Positions 9,405 through 16,386 of a stretch of DNA of 43,658 nucleotides are shown in pieces (the first letter of the stretch is position 1; each line of letters starts with the position of its first letter). This DNA comes from Sandaracinaceae bacterium (GTDB lineage: Bacteria; Myxococcota_A; Polyangia; Polyangiales; Sandaracinaceae), in assembly GCA_044220955.1 (NCBI GenBank), contig JBGAQA010000057.1, forward strand, positions 1 to 43,658, read 5' to 3'. The position numbers and the translations under genes are program-made. The notes under the pieces are model-generated. The model saw only the letters and a program-made list of their open reading frames with translations, had not been told where the DNA came from and did no database searches.

Positions 9405-10577
9405 TCAGAACCAGTCGCAGAGCCATGCCTCGCCCCCCGCGAAAAGACGCGCGAAAGCGGCGAGCTCCGACCCCTCCCCCTCGAGAAGACCCGCGGCCTT
9501 GAGGGCCATCGGGTGCGCGTACCCCGTGTAGAGCGCCGCGAGCGCACGTGTGTCCAGGCGCGTCGGCGCATCGCCGAATCGAACGCTTTCCACTTCTGCA
9601 CTGCCGTCGCGCACACGGATGAAAAGGCCCGCGTTGCCGAAGAGCGGGTCGCGGATGTCCACCCTCGCCTCCCCCTCCGCCGCGTAGCCGCGCGCAGCGA
9701 GCGCCCTGACCGGATCGAGGACCCGGAGCATCCATCGCGAGTGCTCGAGGATCTTCGACGTCTGCTCGGGGAGCAGCGACACGAGGGGGTCACTCGCGCA
9801 GCCGAGCCAGCGCACCTCCTCGCCGAGCGAGCGCAGACCGTGCAGGAGCGCGGCGCACCGCTGCGCCGCGGCGGGCGTCGCGAGGACGAGATCGCGCAGG
9901 ATCACCCCGAAGTGCAGCGTGCTCTCGTGGGGTGCGTGCATGTAGACGACGTAGCCTTGCGCCGCGTCCTCGGGGCCGAAGCGATACCCGCGCGCGACGC
10001 CCTTGTAGGGCCTGGCGATGCGCGACCAGATCGCCTCCGAGCGATCGAGGTGGCCGTTCCACGCTCGCGCGCGCGCATCGTAGAGCGAGCGCAAGGGCGC
10101 GTTGTCGTCGGCCGCGAAGGGCTCGCACGGGAGCGCGGCGTCGCCGGCCGGCAGGCTCGCGATCGGCGCCGAGTAGCGCAGGGTGGTCCCGGCGGCCTCG
10201 AAGCCGACCGAGCGATAGACGGCGAGCGAGGACGCGTAGAGCGCGGCGAGCGGGATGCCTTCGCTCCGGGCCTGCTCCAGCGTCTCGACGAGGAAGCGCC
10301 GCGCGAGCCCGCGCCCGCGCGCGGCCGGGGAGACGCCGACGCCCGCGAGGCCGATCATCGGAACCGAGCGCCCGCCCCAGAACTGCCCGAACCGATAGAA
10401 CCCGAGCCCGCCGCGGATCGCGCCGTCCTCGGTGACGACGCGCAGGTTCTCGTGCCCGAGGCGCTCCATCCAGGTGGACCAGGGCAGCTCGTCCTGGCCG
10501 AAGGACTCCTGCAGCACGCGCTCGAAGAGCGTGCGCTCGTCCTCGTTCGACGGAGTGCGGACCTCGATGCGGGGCAT
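9405..10577 (-). CDS. Eis-like GNAT acetyltransferase
   Basis: GLAGVGVSPAARGRGLAR, AALYASSLAVYRSVGFE, SCP2-like C-terminal domain ending WLCDWF. Confidence 0.9.
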   Translation of the reverse strand: MPRIEVRTPSNEDERTLFERVLQESFGQDELPWSTWMERLGHENLRVVTEDGAIRGGLGFYRFGQFWGGRSVPMIGLAGVGVSPAARGRGLARRFLVETLEQARSEGIPLAALYASSLAVYRSVGFEAAGTTLRYSAPIASLPAGDAALPCEPFAADDNAPLRSLYDARARAWNGHLDRSEAIWSRIARPYKGVARGYRFGPEDAAQGYVVYMHAPHESTLHFGVILRDLVLATPAAAQRCAALLHGLRSLGEEVRWLGCASDPLVSLLPEQTSKILEHSRWMLRVLDPVRALAARGYAAEGEARVDIRDPLFGNAGLFIRVRDGSAEVESVRFGDAPTRLDTRALAALYTGYAHPMALKAAGLLEGEGSELAAFARLFAGGEAWLCDWF

Positions 10578-10584
10578 GGGGGCG

Positions 10585-10590
10585 AGGATA
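10585..10590 (-). promoter_or_regulatory. Candidate -10 box (TATCCT) for a leaderless transcript of the Eis-like gene
   Basis: TAnnnT 7 nt upstream of the ATG; no Shine-Dalgarno. Confidence 0.5.
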
Positions 10591-10712
10591 GCGAGGTCGA
10601 GGGCGAGGTCGAGAGCGAGGTCGAGAGCGAGAGCGAGAGCGAGGGCGAGTGCGAGTGCGAGGTCGAGAGCGAGAGCGAGAGCGAGAGCGAGGTCGAGAGC
10701 GAGAGCGAGAGC
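10591..10712. repeat. Degenerate hexamer array (GCGAGA/TCGAGA/GCGAGG), about 20 units
   Basis: Read directly; intergenic. Confidence 0.9.
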
Positions 10713-10735
10713 CGATCGACCTCGCTCGGCCCCGC

Positions 10736-11005
10736 TCAGATCGGCGGCGCGAACGTGAGCGAGGCGAGCTCGATGAAGCAGATCTGGGTGGTGAATCGCG
10801 CGTCGTCGAGCTGGCCCGCGATGGCGATCTCGGTCGGGCCGACGTAGGCGGGGCTGAACCAGATCTCGCCGGCCGAGGGCACGAGAGACGCGCGGTAGCC
10901 GTCCGAGAGCCGGTACACCCAGTGCCCCCCCCACTGCGTCGCTGACGGTCGGCGCGTGCCGCATGCGCACACGGCCGCGACGGCAAGCACGAGCTCGCGG
11001 CGCAC
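10736..11005 (-). CDS. Small hypothetical protein or gene remnant
   Basis: 89-aa ORF with signal-like start (LVLAVAAVCAC) and coding-like 3' half, enclosed by the two hexamer arrays. Confidence 0.35.
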   Translation of the reverse strand: MRRELVLAVAAVCACGTRRPSATQWGGHWVYRLSDGYRASLVPSAGEIWFSPAYVGPTEIAIAGQLDDARFTTQICFIELASLTFAPPI

Positions 11006-11107
11006 TGGAACAGTTCTTCGGGCAACGACATCGGCGCCCCTGAACGGCTCGCGGCCGCTCGTTCACACCTCCATCACGCTCCTCCCCGCGCGCGCTGTCA
11101 ACGGCCC

Positions 11108-11186
11108 CTCGCTCTCGCTCTCGCTCTCGCTCTCGCTCTCGCTCTCGCTCTCGCTCTCGCTCTCGCTCTCGCTCTCGCTCTCGCTC
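11108..11186. repeat. Perfect (CTCGCT)13 array
   Basis: Read directly; abuts the TGA of the minus-strand gene at 11185-11187. Confidence 0.95.
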
Positions 11187-12585
11187 AGCGCATCAGGATC
11201 TCCGCGCTCGTCGCCGCCACATCGATCGACGTCACCGCCACGCGCGTGGTGCTCCCGCTCGCGGTCCCGTCGCTCGCGACCGCGCCGCCGCCGGTCGCCA
11301 CCACGCGCTGGAACGTGCCGCCGAGATCGACGTGCACGCTCGCGCCGCTCGGGTTCACGAGCACGATCCCGTTCGCGAAGTCGCGCCGGTACACGCCGCC
11401 CGACGCGAGATCCGTGACCGTCGTGGCCGTCGTCGTCGCCGCGCCGAGGTCGAGGTCCCACTCCGGGTACCACTCGAGCGGCGAGTCGGCGAAGTAGAAG
11501 AGGTACGTGTGCGCGCCGCGCACCAGCAGGTAGTTGCCCAGGTAGTAGAGGCGCCGGGCGAGGTCGTCGGGGCCGCTCAGGTAGTTCTGCAGGATCGCGA
11601 TCTTGCCCATCCCGATCAGGCGCAGGATCTCGTCGGTCGAGGCGCGCCAGTCGCTCTCGGCGAACGAGGGATCGGCGAAGCCCTCCGAGAAGAAGCCCGC
11701 GGTGCTCGCGTAGTCGGTGTCGTCCCAGCTCGTGATGAACGCGCCCGTGTTCGCGATCAGCGGGATGCCCTGCGCGCCGAGGCGCGCGTCGAGCGCGGAG
11801 ATCCAGCTCTCCCAGCCGGTGATCCAGTTGCTGCCGCCGAGCTCGGTGAAGGTGTTGTCGCGCACGCCGGTGCCGGCGATCCGCGCGTCGGGCGGCGCCT
11901 GCGCCTCGAACGAGAGCAGCGCGGGCGAGGCCGAGTCGAGGAACACGGCGTCGTAGTCGCCGGCCAGGGTCTGCACGGCGATCGAGCTGGCCCAGTAGTC
12001 GCCGAAGCCGGCGCTGCCGACGTTCATCAGCCACTTGCCGTCGACGTTGCTCGCGACGCGCGCGCCGGCCGCGTTGTGCCAGAACCAGTCGTCGTGCGCG
12101 GTGACGCTCGCGAAGTCGTTGCCCCACGTGCGCCCGTCGACGATGAAGTCGACGCCGGCCGCCGACTGCCACATCGCGAGGTGGTAGTGCAGGATCAGGA
12201 ACGTCGGGTCGAGGGCGCGCAGCGGCATCGACTGGTCGAGCGTGAGCTTCTGGGTGCCGTCGTAGTGATCGACGGCGAACCGCTGCTGCGCCGCGGTCAT
12301 GCCGTTCGGGAGCTGGTCGGCGAAGATCGCGATCCGCGCGCTGGTGTCCGGGAACGAGCGGCCGCTGCCGGTGGTGCCGCCGTCGGGGAGCGGACCGGTG
12401 TCGGGCCAGGGCCCGGTGTCGTTGCCCCACACGGCTGCGTCCACGCCGGTGTCGACGCCGGGACCGGAGTCCGCCACGGGCCCTGCGTCGGTCCCGGGAC
12501 CCGCGTCCGCGGCCGGGGTCGGAGAGGAGCACCCCGCCGTCACGCACAGACAGAGAACGAGAGACGCCGCTCGAAGTCCGCGCAT
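11185..12585 (-). CDS. Putative glycoside hydrolase lipoprotein (GHL15 / PF14885-like)
   Basis: Lipobox VTAG-C, DAG linker, YDAVFLDS, FFSEGF, C-terminal GVYRRDFANGIVLVNP. Confidence 0.75.
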   Translation of the reverse strand: MRGLRAASLVLCLCVTAGCSSPTPAADAGPGTDAGPVADSGPGVDTGVDAAVWGNDTGPWPDTGPLPDGGTTGSGRSFPDTSARIAIFADQLPNGMTAAQQRFAVDHYDGTQKLTLDQSMPLRALDPTFLILHYHLAMWQSAAGVDFIVDGRTWGNDFASVTAHDDWFWHNAAGARVASNVDGKWLMNVGSAGFGDYWASSIAVQTLAGDYDAVFLDSASPALLSFEAQAPPDARIAGTGVRDNTFTELGGSNWITGWESWISALDARLGAQGIPLIANTGAFITSWDDTDYASTAGFFSEGFADPSFAESDWRASTDEILRLIGMGKIAILQNYLSGPDDLARRLYYLGNYLLVRGAHTYLFYFADSPLEWYPEWDLDLGAATTTATTVTDLASGGVYRRDFANGIVLVNPSGASVHVDLGGTFQRVVATGGGAVASDGTASGSTTRVAVTSIDVAATSAEILMR

Positions 12586-12624
12586 GAAGACCTCCCCGCG
12601 CGCGGAGCATCGCACGAAGGCCGC

Positions 12625-12657
12625 CGCTCTCGCTCTCGCTCTCGCTCTCGCTCTCGC
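12625..12657. repeat. (CGCTCT)5.5 array in a divergent intergenic region
   Basis: Read directly. Confidence 0.9.
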
Positions 12658-12659
12658 CC

Positions 12660-14891
12660 GTGTCATCCTCCCGCGCTTTGTCGTCCTGGTCGCTCGACGT
12701 CCCCGGGGGCGTTTGGATCGCCGCCGCGCTCGCGCTGCTCTTCGCGGCCGCGCTCGTCGTCGGACTTCGCGATCTCGTCGGGCTCACCCCTCGGCGCCGC
12801 GCCGCGCTCGGCTCGCTGCGCGCCGCGACCGCGGTCATCGCGCTGCTCCTCACCGTCCAGCCGACGTACACCCACGATCGGCAGGACGCCGAGGCCGGGC
12901 GGCTCGCCGTCGTCTTCGACGTCTCGCGCAGCACGACCATCGCCGACGAGGACGGTGGACGAACGCGGCGAGAGCGGGAGCGCGCCCTCGCCGCGTCGTT
13001 CGCGGGCGAGCGGCTGCCGAGCGCGCCGGACGTTCTCGTCTTCGGCGATCGCGGGCGCGCCTCGACGCTGGACGACGTCGCGAACGGTCGGGTCCACCTC
13101 GAAGACGACACGCGCATCGGCGACGCGCTGCGCGTGGCGGCGAGCGGCGACGTGGGCGCCGTGCTGCTCGTCAGCGACGGTGCCGACCGCGCCGGCGGCG
13201 CCGTCGAGATCGCGGTCGAGACCGGCGCGCGCATCCACACGCTCGCGCTCGGATCGGCCGAGCCGCCGCGCGACGACGCCATCGCGCGCCTGGCCGCCGA
13301 CTCCGTCGGCTTCTTGCGCCGTACCGCGCACGTGCGCGCGACGGTGCGCTCGCTCGGGACGTCGGGCGAGCACACCGTCCGCCTCACCCAGGGTGAGCGC
13401 GTGCTGCGCGAGGAGGTCGTGACGCTCGCCGACGGGGAAGAGCAGGAGGTCGACCTCACCTTCGTGCCCGCCGAGCTCGGTCGAGCGCTCTACCACGTCA
13501 GCGTCCCGGTCGAGGAGGGCGACGTCGTCCCAGCCAACAACGGCCGCGCCTTCCTCGTTCGAACCGTGCGCGACGACCTGCGCGTGCTCCTGGTGGCCGG
13601 CCAGCCGAGCTGGGACCAGCGCTTCTTACGGGCGTTCCTCGAGCGCGACCCGACGACCGACCTCATCTCCTTCTTCATCTTGCGGCAGACCGCCGACATG
13701 ACCATGGCCGACCCGGACGAGCTCGCGCTCATCCCGTTCCCCGTCGACGAGCTGTTCAGCGAGCACCTCGGGAGCTTCGACGTCGTCCTCTTCCAGAACT
13801 TCGACTACGGGCCCTACGACATGGCCATCTATCTGCCGCGGATCCGCGACTACGTGATGCGCGGCGGCTCGTTCGCCATGATCGGCGGACCGCTCGCGTT
13901 CACCGCGGCGGGCTACGCGGAGACGCCGCTCGCCGACGTGCTGCCCGTCGAGGTTCTCCCTCGCGGAACACCCGAGGCGGAGGCCGTGACGACGGACCGC
14001 TTCCGGCCCGTGGTCGCGGAGGGCGCCGAGCACCACCCTCTCGTCACGCTCCTGCCCGACTCGGTCGCCAACGCGGAGGCGTGGGCGGCGCTCGCGCCGA
14101 TGATCGGGCTCAACGTCGTCCGGTCGGCCGCGCACGAGGGACAGGTGCTGCTCCGCCACCCGACCCAGCACGCGCCCTCGGGCGCGCCGCTGCCGGTCCT
14201 GGTGAGTGGAACCGCCGGCCGCGGGCGCGTGGTCGCGCTGATGAGCGACACGTCCTGGCGCTGGGGCCTCACGACCGGAGGGTCGACGGGCGACGCGAGC
14301 GCGTACGAGCGCTTCTGGGATCGCGCGATCCGCTGGCTCGCCCGAGACCCGGCGCTCGAGCCCGCGCGCGTCACGACCGACCACGAGAGCTATGGGCCCG
14401 AGGCGCGGATCGCGGCGAGCGCGTCGCTCGCCGACGAGCGCTATGTGCCCCTCGCCGGCGCGCCGATCACGCTGACGGTCCGCACGGAGGCCGGCGAGAC
14501 CGTGAGCTCTGCCGAGGCCCGCACCGACGCGCACGGCGAGCTGCACGCGGAGCTGACGGCCCCGGGCGAGCCGGGAGGCTACGTCCTGGCGGCGGCGCGA
14601 CGCGGCGACACCTCGGACCTCGCCGAAGAGCCCTTCGTCGTGGAGTCGGGCGGCGCAGAGCTCGGAGATCCGCGCGCAGACCACGCGCTCCTCGCCGACA
14701 TCGCGAGAGCGACCGGCGGGGCCGCCAGCACCAGCGCCTCGCCGCCGACGCTCGCCTCGCTCGATACGCGCCGCGTTCGCTCTCTGGGCGTCGAGACGAC
14801 TCGACCCTTCGACGGCGCGTGGCCCTTCGTCCTCGCCGTCGCGCTCTTCGGGCTCGAGTGGGCGCTGCGCAGGCGATGGGGGCTGCGATGA
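12660..14891 (+). CDS. Membrane protein with vWA-like and glutamine-amidotransferase-like (DUF1355-type) domains
   Basis: N-terminal TMs, FDVSRS and LLVSDG (MIDAS-like), DLISFFILR..DELALIPFP, SWRW, C-terminal TM ending EWALRRRWGLR. True start may be TTG at 12678. Confidence 0.85.
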   Translation: MSSSRALSSWSLDVPGGVWIAAALALLFAAALVVGLRDLVGLTPRRRAALGSLRAATAVIALLLTVQPTYTHDRQDAEAGRLAVVFDVSRSTTIADEDGGRTRRERERALAASFAGERLPSAPDVLVFGDRGRASTLDDVANGRVHLEDDTRIGDALRVAASGDVGAVLLVSDGADRAGGAVEIAVETGARIHTLALGSAEPPRDDAIARLAADSVGFLRRTAHVRATVRSLGTSGEHTVRLTQGERVLREEVVTLADGEEQEVDLTFVPAELGRALYHVSVPVEEGDVVPANNGRAFLVRTVRDDLRVLLVAGQPSWDQRFLRAFLERDPTTDLISFFILRQTADMTMADPDELALIPFPVDELFSEHLGSFDVVLFQNFDYGPYDMAIYLPRIRDYVMRGGSFAMIGGPLAFTAAGYAETPLADVLPVEVLPRGTPEAEAVTTDRFRPVVAEGAEHHPLVTLLPDSVANAEAWAALAPMIGLNVVRSAAHEGQVLLRHPTQHAPSGAPLPVLVSGTAGRGRVVALMSDTSWRWGLTTGGSTGDASAYERFWDRAIRWLARDPALEPARVTTDHESYGPEARIAASASLADERYVPLAGAPITLTVRTEAGETVSSAEARTDAHGELHAELTAPGEPGGYVLAAARRGDTSDLAEEPFVVESGGAELGDPRADHALLADIARATGGAASTSASPPTLASLDTRRVRSLGVETTRPFDGAWPFVLAVALFGLEWALRRRWGLR

Positions 14892-14936
14892 CGCGCATGG
14901 GCGTGCACGCGGACGCCGACCGGGTAGACCTGGGCC

Positions 14937-15575
14937 ATGACGCGCCTCGCCTCGGTCTCCGCACTGCTCCTCTCTCTCGCCGCCGTGCCGGCATGCACGT
15001 CGCTCGCGCCACCGGCCGACAGCGGCGCGCGTATGGACGTCGGCGTCGACGCGGCGACGGCCGACGACGCCGGAGCGCTCGATGACGCGGGCGCCCCGGA
15101 CGACACCGGCGCTACGTCGGACACCGGGGGCACGGACGACACCGGCACCGCCGCCGACGCCGGCGCGGACGATACCGGCACCGTCGCCGACTCCGGCGCG
15201 AACGACGCAGGGACCACCACGGACTCCGGCGCCAGCACCGCGTGCGAGGCCGCGGGCGGCAGCTGCGTCCCGCTCGTGCCGCGCGCCTGCCCGGCCGGCA
15301 TCGTCGGCGACGCGACGTGGTACGCGTGCGGCGGCGGCGTTGGCGTCGAGTGCTGCCTGCCGCCGAACACCCCGCCCGTCTGCCGGAACTCGGGCTCGCG
15401 CAGCGAGGGCTGGTACGCTGCCGACGGCACACGGATCTGCGGCACGCGCTGCACGGGTGCGACCGCGTCCTGCGGCGCCGCGGGGACACGGAGCGAGGGC
15501 TGGTACGCGAGCGACCCGGCCGCGGGATGCACGACCGGCAACGCGCTCATCGACTTCGCGAACTGCGCGCCCTGA
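14937..15575 (+). CDS. Cys-rich putative lipoprotein
   Basis: Lipobox-like AVPA-C, long D-[AST]-G linker, duplicated G[ST]RSEGWYA motif. Confidence 0.8.
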   Translation: MTRLASVSALLLSLAAVPACTSLAPPADSGARMDVGVDAATADDAGALDDAGAPDDTGATSDTGGTDDTGTAADAGADDTGTVADSGANDAGTTTDSGASTACEAAGGSCVPLVPRACPAGIVGDATWYACGGGVGVECCLPPNTPPVCRNSGSRSEGWYAADGTRICGTRCTGATASCGAAGTRSEGWYASDPAAGCTTGNALIDFANCAP

Positions 15576-15614
15576 CCTCACGCGCGTCGTTCCGGTGCGC
15601 TAGGACTGCCCGCG

Positions 15615-16193
15615 ATGGTCATCCTCGTCGTCGGGCTCGCGCTCTTCCTCGGCTCGCACATGGTGCGGGTCCTCGCCGACGGCTGGCGCACGCGAATGGT
15701 CGCGCGCCACGGCGAGGGTCGCTGGAAGGGCGCCTATTCACTCGTCGCGATCGCCGGCCTCGGGCTCGCGATCTACGGGTTCGGCCTGGCGCGAGCTGCG
15801 CCGGTGCTGGTGTTCTCGCCTCCGATCTGGCTGCGCCACCTGAACATGCTGTTCACCCTGCTCTCGTTCGTCTGCTTCGCCGCGGTGTACGTGCCCCGCA
15901 ACCATCTCAAGGCGGCGATCGGGCACCCGATGTACGCCGGGACGAAGACCTGGGCGCTGGGCCACCTGCTCGCGACGGGCCTGCTGCACGACGTCGTGCT
16001 CTTCGCGCCGATCCTCGCGTGGTCCGTCGCCGGCTTCGCCGCGTCGCGGCGCCGTGACCGGCGTGACGGGACGACGTACCCCGCCGGGACGCTCGGCGGG
16101 ACCGCGGCGACGATCGCGCTCGGGGCCGCAGCGTGGGCGCTCTTCGCGTTCTTCGGGCACGCCTGGCTCATCGGCTTGTCGCCCTTCGCCTGA
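15615..16193 (+). CDS. NnrU family membrane protein
   Basis: LVVGLALFLGSHMVR, WKGAYSLVA, HPMYAGTKTWALGHLLATG. Confidence 0.9.
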   Translation: MVILVVGLALFLGSHMVRVLADGWRTRMVARHGEGRWKGAYSLVAIAGLGLAIYGFGLARAAPVLVFSPPIWLRHLNMLFTLLSFVCFAAVYVPRNHLKAAIGHPMYAGTKTWALGHLLATGLLHDVVLFAPILAWSVAGFAASRRRDRRDGTTYPAGTLGGTAATIALGAAAWALFAFFGHAWLIGLSPFA

Positions 16194-16257
16194 CGCGCGC
16201 GTCCGGCGCGACCGAGCGCCCGCGCTGGCCTGCGACGTGCGCGGGGACGCGATCGTC

Positions 16258-16386
16258 TCACGGAGCGGGGACCAGCTCCCCATCGTTCCAGGCGTAGTCG
16301 CGCGTCGCGTCGCCCACGCGCACGCCGAGCGGGAACTCGCTCTCGCTCTCGCTCTCGCTCTCGCTCTCGCGCTCGCTCTCGCTCAC
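16258..16386 (-). other. 42-codon ORF or gene remnant coupled to uvrA
   Basis: GTGA overlap with the uvrA stop; reads (SE)n then FPLGVRVGDATRDYAWNDGELVPAP with GC-rich third positions. Confidence 0.4.
16336..16384. repeat. (CTCGCT)8 array, one variant unit
   Basis: Read directly; abuts the uvrA TGA. Confidence 0.9.

Noticed and set aside
9405..10577. Eis-like gene as a proven aminoglycoside resistance determinant
   Set aside because: Family membership alone does not give the substrate; no mobile context.
10591..11186. Repeat arrays as CRISPR
   Set aside because: Contiguous 6-bp units without spacers; no cas genes.
15615..16193. NnrU gene as evidence of a denitrification cluster
   Set aside because: No nir, nor or nnrR genes in the window.
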